DNA from: Antedon mediterranea | Lineage: Eukaryota; Animalia; Echinodermata | Direction: 5' to 3' | Length of the DNA: 64,000 bases | NCBI RefSeq assembly: GCF_964355755.1 | Contig: NC_092678.1 | Coordinates: forward strand, 1,318,422-1,382,421 | Shown: positions 25,320 to 38,941 of the stretch, one piece after another | Numbering within the stretch: position 1 is the stretch's first letter | Layout: the number at the start of each line of letters is the position of its first letter | Notes under the pieces: generated by a model | Told to the model about the DNA's origin: nothing | Seen by the model: only the letters and a program-made list of their open reading frames with translations | Databases searched by the model: none | Translations under genes and position numbers: made by a program

Positions 25320-25671
25320 ATGGATTTCTCCTGGATTTTATGTTGGTTTAGTTTATCATCGTTTTTGTGTATTCACGTTACGTGTACATTACGTGGATTG
25401 TCAACCACTTCGATATCAGACGCGATAGTTTTGTATGAGGGCGTGCTAACGTATGACAACACTGCAGAAGACTTAGCAAATGACAAAGTATTAGTCTTCC
25501 CATTCGTTGACGGATGCGACGAGGCATTCTGTGCACAATTCAATGCATATGTATTGACTTCGCTAAGCAAACTGACTACTGTATTGTACAATTCATGTAT
25601 ATGCAAATGTAAAAACGGTGTGTTGTTTGACGTGAAGTTAACAAGATGCTTTGATAGTCTTTCTAATAACA
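25320..25671 (+). CDS. Uncharacterised single-pass membrane protein, coding exon 1 (signal peptide and six-Cys domain)
   Basis: ATG at 25320; MDFSWILCWFSLSSFLCIHVTC signal-like; C-x4-C-x21-CxCxC-x12-C; donor A|gtaagt, phase 1. Confidence 0.75.
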
Positions 25672-26431
25672 GTAAGTACACAACCTAGATATTTTTTACA
25701 TTATTCAATATTCATGTATCGTTTCTGTGCCGGCTGTATCGCACGTAAGTAATGTTTTGTTATTTAATCTTTTAAAACGAATCGCCATTAATCAGTATAA
25801 CCTATTTATATTACACTTTACGCTACTAATTATGTTTTTTTAATATCTGCCTCAAGCGTTATGATGGCTAAAGTGGGCGTGGTCGTAAGCAATCCCACAC
25901 CCTCCCCAATAAAATTCTGAAACGGCCATCGATAACATTTTAAAATGTATAGTATCAATTAGCAGGTCTATCCATAGGGCTTTCATGGTATATCTCTACC
26001 ACTGTACCACACATCCCATCCATGTTGGTTTTTTTAATGTTTATTAAGCGTTATTATACAGCGCTTTGACACTTGAAAAAATGGTAGGCCTACACCTCAT
26101 TACATAAAAAAACGAAACGAAAACATAAAAACCGGCAAAAAACAAACCAGGTCCCACATGTGTTACCAGGCAAGAACATTAAACAAGATGTAATTTTAAG
26201 TTTTTCTTTGAATAATTTCGAGTTATCTTCCTCAAAGCGTGCATGCCAGTTTTTATGTGTTCATATACACTGCTACTAAATACATTTGATCGACTTGTTA
26301 GTTTAGTATTGTTTTAAACAGCATTATCCACGTCCATTTTTGTCACTACTTACGGTAGATGTCAATATTTATTGTTTATGACATAATAAATAATATAAAC
26401 AACCATTCATAACTCCCTTACAAAAATCAAT

Positions 26432-26493
26432 CCTACGCTAGATACTACGCTAGATACTACGCTAGATACTACGCTAGATACTACGCTAGATAC
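26432..26493. repeat. 12-bp tandem repeat (ctacgctagata) x5
   Basis: Visible directly. Confidence 0.9.
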
Positions 26494-27061
26494 TAAGTTA
26501 GGCCTAAACTCTTTTAAGACCCAACTGAAGGCTTTTCTTTTCCAACAAGCAATGTCCTACCTTTTTTTTCTGTATTGTTAATTAACTAAACAACACGACT
26601 GTATTCACATCCAATTTCTGAGATGGCAATATTTACACATGAGTATTAGGCCTAGGCCTATAGCTGGGCCTAATAGGCCTAAGGCTTGGCATATGCCTTC
26701 GAGTTTTTTTCTAACACAGCAAAAGATAGTGGTGTCTTGAATGCAGATCTAATCCACGTAGATCGGTCTGTGTGTTATTTTACAGAATAATTTATTCGAA
26801 AGTAGTGTAATTCACAAAACATTTACAAGATCATGTGTGCCGTACTCGAGAGAATTAAGTGTTAATAGCGAGCGTTAAAATTCATTAAAACTGTGTCCAT
26901 ACGGACATTGAAATGTTAATATTAATTAACGTTAAACACGCTAATGAGCTAGTTAAGTCATTTGCATAATCCGAATTCAATTGTTTACGTTGTTTATTCC
27001 AATTAAAAACTGGCTATGAATTAAAGTTCGCCTACAATAATAAATAAAACTGTCCAGTTTC

Positions 27062-27200
27062 ATAGGCAAATCCTTGATACAGATTTAGATGTGATACACT
27101 TGTGATACCTGTGTCATAGACCCTAACATAACCCTAAACTTCCATGATACAGTAATCACATGTGAAACACTGTATTACGGAATATGCCTATGTTATTTGG
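27062..27200. mobile_element. Dispersed MITE-like repeat (family C)
   Basis: ataggcaaat..gatacag ... ctgtattacggaatatgcctat inverted ends with a cctaa-rich core; relatives at ~41438-41582 and ~43657-43728. Confidence 0.55.
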
Positions 27201-28248
27201 GCAGTGGAGATACAGGCTCACAATCGGTTTGTGTGTGACGGGGTTTCAAATTCTCTAATCTCATCTAGATTTCTTGATTATAATCATATATTTATAATAA
27301 TTATACCTTTTAAAATGAAATTGTGTATACCCACGTTTCCAAATGTCTGATATAATGATAATGCATCGTGTAGACTTCTTCAATAAAATAGAAATAAAAT
27401 AAAGAGAAACGAACTCATTATATTAATTGAGAAGTAAGTGAAGCGTGTAATGCGAATAAAATGTACATTGGGTACCGTACGAGATAATTAATTCACTGAA
27501 TTTTATATCTTATTCAAGAATAATTAAAAATTACGAGAGATGGTTTTAGCTTTTGATTAAATTGAATTTATAATGTGTTTTACAATAAGTATTGTATCAA
27601 TGTAATACATCACATGGACGGGTTAGAAGGGATCGGGCCTTTTAATAGACTGTCGTGAGAGAGTTCAATTTAAACAAAAAAGGCGTATTTATAGGTGATA
27701 AAATAATGTTGTCGTGTGTATTTACGGAAGTTTTGGTGCGTTTTTAGCAAAAGTCATATTCGCCTCTCGGTTGGGGCAGGCCGTATATAGTTATCCTTAC
27801 CGTTTCACATTATTCGGCATCATTATGAGGGTGGGGGGTTGGTGTTGGTGAGGTATTGTACTCTGTCAATTAATTTGAACCAAGATCCATGACTTGATGG
27901 CGTTACAACCACCAAGCTACAATCTCATCCAACTTGTGATTAAATTCAACCATGATTATATTCTGTATAACATAATCTCAGCAAAGTAGTTAATTATTGT
28001 ATCTAGCAGCATACATTACCTGTTATCACTACAGATTATTAATATTTAAGTCGCTTTTAATTATATATACTGCGTTCATCAACAGCACGGTAACAGTCAC
28101 GTGACACTATAGCAGTAATCTCAACGTAAAGTGTATCATTATCAAGAACGATGCGTTTTTTATTTGTTATTAATTGATATCATATCGTTGACGTCGGCCT
28201 GCACAGAAAGATTTGTCATTTCAGACAATAATAGCCTATAGATAGATA

Positions 28249-28340
28249 GATCCGTCCTTTGGATGGAACGTTAAGCCGTTGGTCGGTGTGCGTACTTTGC
28301 AAATGTGCGCGATATAAAGGAGTAGGAGATCTTCTCCCGG
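28249..28340 (+). mobile_element. Deu/Nin-SINE core fragment
   Basis: ccgtcctttggatggaacgttaagccgttggtc..aaaggagtagg resembles the SINE core at 21570-21670 and 37795-37890. Confidence 0.5.
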
Positions 28341-28888
28341 TATGTTGAATATGGTCGCGATGGACCATTTAGGCCTACTGAGGCATTGACCGAACAGTCT
28401 TGTACTGAAGAAGTCACCCAGTATAAAAAAGAAATCAAAATTGATTAAACCCATTGCATCTTCTGGAAAGGTTACCCCAGTGTACTGATCCATCTCAGCC
28501 CCTTTGGGGCAGACGAGTCAGCGCCGTTTAGTGGTAGCGTGACACAAAGGGTACCCTTAAAGGAAGATGGAAGTTTTTCTTGTGTTGCATCATAACATAG
28601 CCTACGCTTTATATGTATTAAGCACAGTATCACGAATCTGTTACAAAGTACTAAAGCGATATCAGCAATTTATTTGTATTATACGAATCGTAGAATGTTA
28701 CATTTTAAAATTTAAAACGTCAATTTAAAGAAAATGAAATTTTGTTTTGATGTGACCGCTAAGTAGGGCTACGGTACAGATCGTATGTTATCCGTTTTAT
28801 TTTTATTAATATTTTTAATGAATACATTTGAATACTGAATTGAATAAAGGTAGTCTAATACTAGGCCTAATGAATTAGTATTTGCTAA

Positions 28889-29198
28889 AGCTTGGTTCCC
28901 ACTAGGATGCAACGTAAGGACGCGCAACCATCGAGGTATTATAGATTATATATAAAACTATATTTGCCCGCAATTTGACTAACGTTTGGTTCCCACTACC
29001 TGATGTAACGCAATGACACGCACCGCAAGTAATTTGACTAAAGCTTGACTTCCACTACCTATGATGCAACGCAAGGACGCGCAACGCAACCAAATTGACC
29101 AATCACAAGCAAAAGTTGGACGAAACCATCGCTTGTGATTAGTCATTCGCTTGCGTTGCGGCTTACGTCCTTGCGTTGCGTCTAGTGGGAACCAAACT
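28889..29198. mobile_element. MITE family B with a triplicated 5' end
   Basis: agcttggttcccacta-like starts at ~28889, ~28983 and ~29042; one 3' end tagtggggaaccaaact. Confidence 0.7.
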
Positions 29199-30116
29199 TA
29201 AGGATTCAACAAAGTAATTTGTCCAATCACGACAAGATTAAGTATAATCCATCTCGTCGTGACTGGTTAAATTACTTGCGCTGCGCTTGAGTTAGTGTAG
29301 CATTATCCAAGTCCATAGAATGTGAGTAGAATGATGATTTAGCATCATTACCAATGTTGTTATTTGTTAATTTTAACCGGGTGTGGACGTGTGGGTGGCG
29401 TAATAACGTGTTAAAGGGGACCTTTCAACACCCACATACAAGTTGAAACTTGCAAAACATGAGAACAACATATTACTTTTCGTATAAGAAGATTAAGTTT
29501 TATTTTTTATTTAGCTGTATCATTCGAAATTTGATATTTCTAGTACTATTAGAGATATGTTATAAAGATGATTGATGTCATGTCAATTTTCTACGTTAAG
29601 ATATCAATTTTACTTTTTATTTTAATAACTGATTTCTCATCTGATAGCCAAAGATGTAATGACCAATTTGATATTATTTCGATCTAGAATAACATAATTT
29701 AAACATAAAAATAATATGAGTTATTGATTTAGGAGGAGAGTTAGAACACATAAAAAAAATAGATTAAAGAAATGGGTTCATTAGAATGTATTGATTACGT
29801 CATGAATGTTTATGTCGACTTCCTTTATGTTAATAGGTATACAAACCTTGGGTTCCGCATGGGTCAGGTTTGAAGTTCATTTAGAATGTACTGATTACGT
29901 CATTCGACTTCCTTTATGGTATACAAAACATTGGGCCCCGCATAGGTCAGGTTTGAAGTTCATTTAGAATGTAGTGATTACGTCATTCGACTTCCTTTAT
30001 GGTATACAGAACCTCGGGCCCCGCATAGGTCAGGTTTGAAGTTCATTGATAATGTATTGATTACGTCATTCGACTTCCTTTTATGTTAATATGTATACAG
30101 AACCTCGGGCCCCTTA

Positions 30117-30295
30117 AGCGTGGTTCCCACTAGCGACGCAACGCAAGGACGTAACGCAACGCAAGTGAATTGACCAATCACAAGCGATGGCTTATTCGCT
30201 TGTGATTGCTAACTGTCTATAACTTCGCTTGTCATTGGTCAACGCGCTTGCGTTGCGTTTACGTCATTGCGTTACGTTCTAGTGGGAACCAAGCT
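30117..30295. mobile_element. MITE family B (PIF/Harbinger-like), 179 bp
   Basis: TIRs agc(g/t)tggttcccactag; TTA TSD on both sides. Confidence 0.85.
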
Positions 30296-30441
30296 TTATG
30301 GGTCAGGTTTGAAGTTCATTTAGAATGTGTTGATTACGTCATTCGACTTCCTGTATAAGTATACAGAACCTCGGGCCCGCATGGGTTAGGTTTGAAGTTC
30401 ATTTAGAATGTTTTGATTACGTCATTCGACTTCCTGTATAA

Positions 30442-30620
30442 AGCGTGGTTCTCACTAGCGACGCAACGCAAGGACGTAACGCAACGCAAGTGAATTGACC
30501 AATCACAAGCGATGGCTTATTCGCTTGTCATTGCTCACTGTCTATAACTTCGCTTGTCATTGGTTAAAACGCTTGCGTTGCGTCTACGTCCTTGCGTTGC
30601 GTTCTAGTGGGAACCAAGCT
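30442..30620. mobile_element. MITE family B, 179 bp
   Basis: Closely similar to 30117-30295; TAA/TTA flanks. Confidence 0.85.
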
Positions 30621-31234
30621 TTAGTATACAGAAACTCGGGCCTCGCATGGGTCAGGTTTGAAGTGAGTTTATTTAGAATCTATTGATTACGTCATTTGAC
30701 ATATTTATGTCGAGTAGGTACGGTGTGTACCCTACTACAGTATTGAGAAACTACGATCCTGAAGAGGAAATTGCTAAGAGGAATACGTTCGTACTGTGTT
30801 TTCTAAGGCAAACACGTCAACGCGATCTAAGGTTAAGTATGGGTTTAAAAAACACATTCTTTAAGTACACTTCTTGTTAGAATATAATCCTAATAAATGT
30901 GTCATAAGATTCTATGGTTTTTGACGGTCATAATGATAGTATAATTTAGTCGTATGGTTATTCTGGATTTAAGACACTCAAGTGTTTAACCAATATATCA
31001 ACAAAAAATAATTATACAGTACATATTTTTCATTCGAATAATCCCGTGTTGTAGTAAAGTTAGAATTTTAAGTGAAAAAAATGTGAACTCCTACACTGAG
31101 ATTAGATAGATTGCATAGCATAAGTATGGTCAAGTAAAGCTATATACAACGCGTGCAACATTTTAGTTGAGGGACACAACAAAATCTTTCAGGTAAAATG
31201 TATCTGTGTTTATTTCTGTTTGACGTTCTTCTTA

Positions 31235-31882
31235 GAGTTTACGTGTATACGTTTGTGTGCGTTCATCTTAGTGTTTACATGTAACGTATAGGCGTTCTCC
31301 CTAGCGTTTGCTTATCTCTAGACGTTACGTATCAATCAAGTTTCTTAGCGTTAACGTACAAGTCACATACGTTCTGAGTGTTTACGCTAGATGTTTGCCT
31401 TAGCATTTTCATATTCCTAGTCGGTTTTTTGCATTTACTTCTCAAAAGACGTTATCCTTAACGTTTACATTTTGTAATTACTTAGACGTTCTTAGTGTTT
31501 ATATATCGATCTTATTAGCGTTTACGTATCGTTATTATCAACGTTTACGTATCGTAATTATCAGCATGTACGTATCGTTCCTATCAGCGTTACGTATCGT
31601 TCTTATTAGCGTTTACGTATCGATCTTATTAGCGTTTACGTATTGTTCTTATCAACGTTAACGTATCGTAATTATCAGCATGTACGTATCGTTCCTATCA
31701 GCGTTTACGTATCGTTCTTATTAGCGTTTACGTATCGTTCTTATTAGCGTTTACGCATCGTTCTTATTAGCGTTTACGTTTCGTTCTTATTAGCGTTTAC
31801 GTATCGTTCATATTAGCGTTTACAGTACGTCATCGTTCGTATTAGCGTTTACGTATCGTTCTTATTAGCGTTTACGTATCTC
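31235..31882. repeat. ~23-bp minisatellite (cgttcttattagcgtttacgtat), degenerate at the left end
   Basis: Visible directly. Confidence 0.9.
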
Positions 31883-32364
31883 TAGATAATTTTCTCAACA
31901 CTTTGAACTTGGTACATTATTGTTTTAAATTTAATTAGTCATTTAAATTCTGAAAAAATGAAAAGCATATGCGATATTGATGTTAAAATGTCGATAGTAT
32001 AATTATTGTTACCAAAATAATTTCAAATTAAACTTACTAAGGTTACCCCAGGGTGTGTAGACTTTAGATACGGCACATGAATATGGCAGCATCAATTATT
32101 ATTAGCAAGCAAACCTGTTTATGCAACTCTTGTTCTGTAAATAGGTTACCTTATTGCTTGCAAATTAGTTAGAATAAATCGAACATTTACATTATGCTTT
32201 TTAGCTATATAATGCTGTCAGGTAAAACATTGGTAACATTAGAAATAACGGAAATTCTACACCGAATCTATGTAGGGCCTACAGTATCTCACTAACTACA
32301 CTCGATTACTCATTCGGTGTAATAGAACTGTCGTAAATATAGTGAACCCCCTCCTTCGGGACAC

Positions 32365-33692
32365 CCCATTAAGGGGGAAACTTTAATAAAGGGAAATATG
32401 TTAACACTATAACTGGGTATGCCTACATCCCTATTAAGGGGGAAACTTTAATAAAGGGAAATATGTTAACACTATAACTGGGTATGCCTACATCCCTATT
32501 AAGGGGGAAACTTTAATAAAGGGAAATATGTTAACACTATAACTGGGTATGCCTACATCCCTATTAAGGGGGAAACTTTAATAAAGGGAAATATGTTAAC
32601 ACTATAACTGGGTATGCCTACATCCCTATTAAGGGGGAAACTTTAATAAAGGGAAATATGTTAACACTATAACTGGGTATGCCTACATCCCTATTAAGGG
32701 GGAAACTTTAATAAAGGGAAATATGTTAACACTATAACTGGGTATGCCTACATCCCTATTAAGGGGGAAACTTTAATAAAGGGAAATATGTTAACACTAT
32801 AACTGGGTATGCCTACATCCCTATTAAGGGGGAAACTTTAATAAAGGGAAATATGTTAACACTATAACTGGGTATGCCTACATCCCTATTAAGGGGGAAA
32901 CTTTAATAAAGGGAAATATGTTAACACTATAACTGGGTATGCCTACATCCCTATTAAGGGGGAAACTTTAATAAAGGGAAATACTTTAATAAAGGGAAAT
33001 ATGTTAACACTATAACTGGGTATGCCTACATCCCTATTAAGGGGGAAACTTTAATAAAGGGAAATATGTTAACACTATAACTGGGTATGCCTACATCCCT
33101 ATTAAGGGGGAAACTTTAATAAAGGGAAATATGTTAACACTATAACTGGGTATGCCTACATCCCTATTAAGGGGGAAACTTTAATAAAGGGAAATATGTT
33201 AACACTATAACTGGGTATGCCTACATCCCTATTAAGGGGGAAACTTTAATAAAGGGAAATATGTTAACACTATAACTGGGTATGCCTACATCCCTATTAA
33301 GGGGGAAACTTTAATAAAGGGAAATATGTTAACACTATAACTGGGTATGCCTACATCCCTATTAAGGGGGAAACTTTAATCAAGGGAAATATGTTAACAC
33401 TATAACTGGGTATGCCTACATCCCTATTAAGGGGGAAACTTTAATAAAGGGAAATATGTTAACACTATAACTGGGTATGCCTACATCCCTATTAAGGGGG
33501 AAACTTTAATAAAGGGAAATATGTTAACACTATAACTGGGTATGCCTACATCCCTATTAAGGGGGAAACTTTAATAAAGGGAAATATGTTAACACTATAA
33601 CTGGGTATGCCTACATCCCTATTAAGGGGGAAACTTTAATAAAGGGAAATATGTTAACACTATAACTGGGTATGCCTACATCCCTATTAAGG
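32365..33692. repeat. 65-bp tandem array, ~20 copies, inside a Tc1/mariner-like MITE shell
   Basis: Unit cctattaagggggaaactttaataaagggaaatatgttaacactataactgggtatgcctacatc; flanks tagtgaacccc..gggacacccc and gggtcccgaag match the MITE at 45128-45410. Confidence 0.95.
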
Positions 33693-36364
33693 AGGCACTT
33701 TGTTGGGTCCCGAAGCTGTAAATAGTACGCCCGTCTACTGGTTTCATTCAGTAGTAAATATTCAACAACATGAGCTAAGCTTGGTTCCCACCATGACGCA
33801 AGGCAACTGACGTAAACGCAACGCAAACGAGTTGACCAATGGCAGGGGACAGTTCAAATAATCCATCGCTTGTGATTGGTTAAATTGTCAGAAGTGAACC
33901 AATTCTATGAAAAATACGTCAATCGTGTTGTTGTTCGTCGTCCAAGTGTCAACAATATTCTTTCTTAATGTTTGTCTTCAGTGATCGAACTAAACGATGC
34001 CTTTGGCTTGCTTCTATATGTGATTGAATGTGTACAGAATAACGCAATTAATTTGCCCGTTTCTCATTCTCTTCAGAATGAATAATGTAAAACATAATTC
34101 AATGGTGTATATCTTTAAGTTATATAAGGTTTATTTTTAAAATTATTAAAAGCCAGGTGCATGCAAAACAATTATACATTCCAATAATTGTCGATCTTCA
34201 GTTTCCGTTATAACTTGGTTAAGATTTGTTATTATTATTGATAGGTTGATAGGAATACGATTTTTTTTTCACGCCGCTTTTTTTAGGCAGTTATATTCAA
34301 GAGAAGCATTGGGAAACAGTTACCATGCGGTAGCTTATAGTTTACTACGGCTGGAAAATGAGTATTCGGAATATCCAACTGGGCATGCGCATACTCCAAA
34401 GCACGTCTGGGAATAGAGAGTCTATGAAAACGTTTGCTGATATATTGAGATGCATGTAGACGGTAGTTATCGTGAGATAAGCGGCGTTTTTTGTAAGAAA
34501 TATTTCTTTTTAAAATAAACATGGGATGAAGGACAGTTTAAATTAAACAGTAAATCTCTATTCGTTTGTACACAAATGTTTAAAATAGAGAGACATTTTT
34601 TTATTTTAAAAATATGTGGTAACTTTAATTTTGGTGTTTTTTTTTTAATTCAATTGCAGATTTTCATTTTCTGAATTTGGCGACTTTTTAAAAAACTTTT
34701 TTCAATTGTATAGAGAATGACTAAATATGGTAATCAGATTGAACTATCTAACTACAGAAAACAAAGGTTTTTAAAGATATTTGCTCAATTCTGTATGACC
34801 ATTTTAGAAGAAATTCATGTTGTTTCGTAATGATTTCTGTTACACATTTTGAATTTATGTACATTGTATTCAAAAATTATACCTGAAATTCATGCCTGAA
34901 GGTGAACTTTAAACAGAAACTTATTTAATTATATCCAACCCGTTTGTCTCAGATAGCTAGCATCTGGATATATATTGATCGTCATAATAATTCACCCTGA
35001 AAGGAAGAAACACGTGAAACACTGCCTGTGTACATGCGTATACAAAATTAAAACGCAAATAAAAATTGATTACGATAGTTTTACAAAAGTTGCCCGGAAA
35101 ATGCAATGAATAGTATAATTTTAAATTTGACCTGTATAATAATAGTTGACCTTTTCTCCCGTATTAATATTGATTAATTATTGAGACCTTAGAGGGTCGT
35201 GTAAGGGTGACTGCATTAATAATAGAAGATTGAGACCTTAGGGGGTCGTGTAAGGGTGACTGCATTAATAATAAAAGTCATTTTTCAATATTGACCTTGG
35301 CAACATAAAATAATAATGTAATACACCTCAGTGAATATATAGACTAATTTCTTATACAATTATGTTATGTAAATATTACACCCATACTTTATATCATATG
35401 CGAGTTGTTTTAATGAATAATTAAAATAAGTAAATTGTATTTGAATAAGATTAAGCTCTTATTTATACGCGTCATTGATTTTTATGATATGATATTTCGC
35501 CGATTTTCCGCAGTGCTACTGTATCTGTATATGTGTCTTAGACAGATTCTGTGATACAGTGTCATATATATCACAAATAACGTCTGTATCGTGGCTATAA
35601 ACCTAAACATAATACAGGTGTCAAATGTGATACGTGTAACACTGAATGCATATTTGCTTCACCGAATATAAAAATGCCGTATGTGGAAATATATTGCAGC
35701 GAATCGGGTGTATAATTATTCTTAAGTAAAAACGTAATTGACGCATACGTAACAATTAACGTTATTTCAACGCACACGCCAGTTGGTTCTCGAATTCCTG
35801 TTTCACGTGGTTATATCCCAGGTTACAATGATTTAATAATGCATAAAAATTATAAATTAGAAACCACGTAATTATGTTTTCTCACTCTTTGTATTTGATC
35901 GCGAAAATAAATGACTTAGTATTAATTTTGTAACCTTTGCTTCTTATAAGAAATGCAAACGGATCGTTTTTAGTCAGTCAGTGTGTCTGTCTATCTTTGT
36001 TTGTCTCTCACGTATCAGCACAATCCAATTATCCAGTGATATAGGTCTTATCTTCGAAATAGTTGGCCCGTCCCCATCTAGTTTGGTGTTTAGGCCTACT
36101 ACCTACAGTATTTCGTTAAGCTTGGTTTCCCACTTGGACGTAGCTCAACGACGTAGATTGACCAATCACAACTGACAATGTTGTTCCACCGCGTCGTGAT
36201 TGGTCAAATATTGGTTGTGGCGCGCCTACGTCATTGCATTGCGTCCAAGTGATAACCAAACTGGATGAATACGTGTTTAGTTATATGCAAAGAGCGGGAT
36301 AACACAATTTCTTGAAAAAGTGAATCTTCTTGGATATTCATTTGGTATTCTTAAGTGAATGTAA

Positions 36365-36523
36365 AGCTCTGTCTACACTATCAAATTAGTTTGACAAAAA
36401 AAGTGTGATGTGCCCAAATATGATAGTGATAAGCCAAATAGGGTAGTAATATGACATCACCATCTCCATATATGGGCACATCACATTTTTTGTCACATAA
36501 AGTTTGATAGTTCAGACAAAGCT
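36365..36523. mobile_element. MITE family A, full length
   Basis: TIRs agctctgtctacactatcaaa / tttgatagttcagacaaagct; TAA TSD on both sides. Confidence 0.85.
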
Positions 36524-37794
36524 TAATGCGTTTATTACTTGATAACATTAATTGATATCAACAAGTTCAGAGGACTTTTGCCGTCAGTGTAAACAAGAAT
36601 GAAGTAGTTTAGGAACCTGTGATAAATTTACTTGATGACGTTTCTACCGTTTTTATATCGTGTTATGTACACGCCAGCTGCAGTTACAGATACTTAATAA
36701 TAATCTATTCATTTGTGTAAACAAGTTTTGCATCCGTTGTACAGTAGTGGATGGGTTATATCTAAATCTAAAATCAATTAAGTTTGTTGACAGTTCATTT
36801 ATAAATAATTGATATCATACGGTATCATTAGGTCAAAGAAGTCAGATATGTACTTAATACCAGTTAGAGTAAACAATTTTTACTAGTAGTATCTAATTCG
36901 GGGTGAATCGACAGTGACGTCACAACTCATTCTCTTTCGCATTTTAGTCCATCATTCTTGATAAATATAATTTAACCATTCACCAGTCTAACCCCAAGTA
37001 ATGTTCCCAAAGCGAATTGTTTTTACATGAAAACACACGTATGTATAATTGCAGGCAGAATGCACAATCGTTCTGCTGTGTATACGCCTATTATCAATAG
37101 AATTGTCCGACTACCCAAGATAGTAGAAATAGTCTCCTGTATTCTGCAGGCGCATTAGCCATTCGCTTAACTTTGGTTGGTGCCCCACCTTATCGCTCGA
37201 CTACTTAACATTGGATTCCGATGGAGATAGCATTTTTTTCATATGCCCTGTAGACATGCTATCTGTGAAGCATAGATACGGCAGAAGGCCTACGATTAAT
37301 TAAATGGCAACTTCCCTATAAAAGAAACGAACGATATGGGCATGTTTTAATACTACTACAGACACCCCTTAAGCACTAAGTCCCGAAGTTGTCCTCTTAA
37401 TAAATAGGAGTCTGCTGTATTTATAACCAATGTAAAATAGACGTAAATGCACGGTTTTCAATGTTTATTAAAGTCTCGGAAACCGCACGATGGGTTAAAA
37501 TGATATTTTACGTGTGCATTATGAAGGCATAAATAGTTTGTAATTGTTTTCTTTCCATCAACGTAAGATATTGGTAACGTATTTTTGAAATAGGCCTATT
37601 ACGACTACAACGGTTGTAGACCGTTGTAATAATTTTAACTTTTTTTTTCTCTTTGGTGGGTGTGTCCCACTATAAATGTTCAATTATTCTGGTCCTCAAG
37701 TTTAACTGGAAACTGAAGAAATTCGGATTAGGCCCTTCGCGGACCGTACCCACGACAGCCAGCAGTACAGCGCCTACCAGATGAGGATACTGGG

Positions 37795-37890
37795 AGACGA
37801 TCCCCTACTCTTTTCGAATAGTGTACCAAGTTCTTTAACGTGTACTGCAGTAGGCCTACACGGGACCAACGGCTTTACATCCCATCCGAA
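37795..37890 (-). mobile_element. Deu/Nin-SINE core fragment
   Basis: cccctactcttttcgaatag..gttctttaacgtg..gggaccaacggctttacatcccatccgaa. Confidence 0.65.
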
Positions 37891-38869
37891 TGCATAGAAT
37901 ATAAATAAAATAATGTTAGTAATAACTAACTAATACTCTTGTTATATTCTCATTATATTTATTTTCTCATTTATAATTTTTGCAAGCCTTCTTCAAAAAT
38001 TGATGTTCCTTCAATTGCATTATTTATTCGTTATAAAAATCGTTGGTTACACTTTCTTATATAATAAAACCAATAGTACAATAATAGTACACTTTCACAT
38101 TCATTACTGTGTTTCTTAATTCTATATATGTAATTTCATATAACTGTTTACTCTTTATTTAAGACATTTTCATGCAACGTTTGTTTGCTAAGCATACCGA
38201 AGAAGAAGCCTAGTGCAGATAGTCGGAAGTATTGACTTGTAATTGTAAAATCTGAATATATTTAGCACGGACCTCGCAAAATCTACATTATTTCAATAGG
38301 GAGTGGGTAGTGTACAAATTACATCATCAATCACTACTTCGACGTACTGTTCATAACATTCCGATAAAATAAATAATTTAATTACTCCACTTAGTAATAA
38401 TCCCAACAACGGGGGCGCAATAAGCTGCTTGGATTTGTTTTTATCACCTGCTCACATCCTAATAACTCGTCTTAAACTGTTATTCATTGTTTCCTTCTAT
38501 TTACTATATCAATAATAAGAAAAACTACAACAGATCGGACAATACTATGATATTCACTCCACATCTTCAACTTTCAATAAATGTGAAGAATTATTTTCGT
38601 TAACTTAAGGCCAATACAGTACTATCAATTACTTTGTGTACTAATTTCGGATTATGGTTTGACAACACTCAAAGATCAGCTATGATACCTATTTGCTATT
38701 TTTTTTGGTAGTTATCGCGTTTCATAGTACGGGTATAGAAAGCAAATCGGGAAAGAGTGCACATAAAATGCCATGTGAATCTTCACACGCCTTTAGAGCA
38801 CATTTTAACTAACCGTGCATTATAGTATAATGATTTAACGATGATTATGACGTATTTCTTTTCTTACAG

Positions 38870-38941
38870 CAATAAAAGAGATCAGCAACATGGAGGATAT
38901 AAATAATTCGTCTGAAGCCAACTCTACAGCATACGATTTAG
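38870..38941 (+). CDS. Membrane protein exon 2 (72 nt, stalk with N-glycosylation sequons)
   Basis: ttcttacag| .. G|gtaaaa; phase 1-1; TIKEISNMEDINNSSEANSTAYDL. Confidence 0.65.

Larger units (their letters stand above)
29775..30700. repeat. ~83-bp minisatellite interrupted by two MITEs
   Basis: Unit ggtcaggtttgaagttcatttagaatgt..tgattacgtcattcgacttcc..gtatacagaacctcgggccc; period from 29861/29944/30027. Confidence 0.9.
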
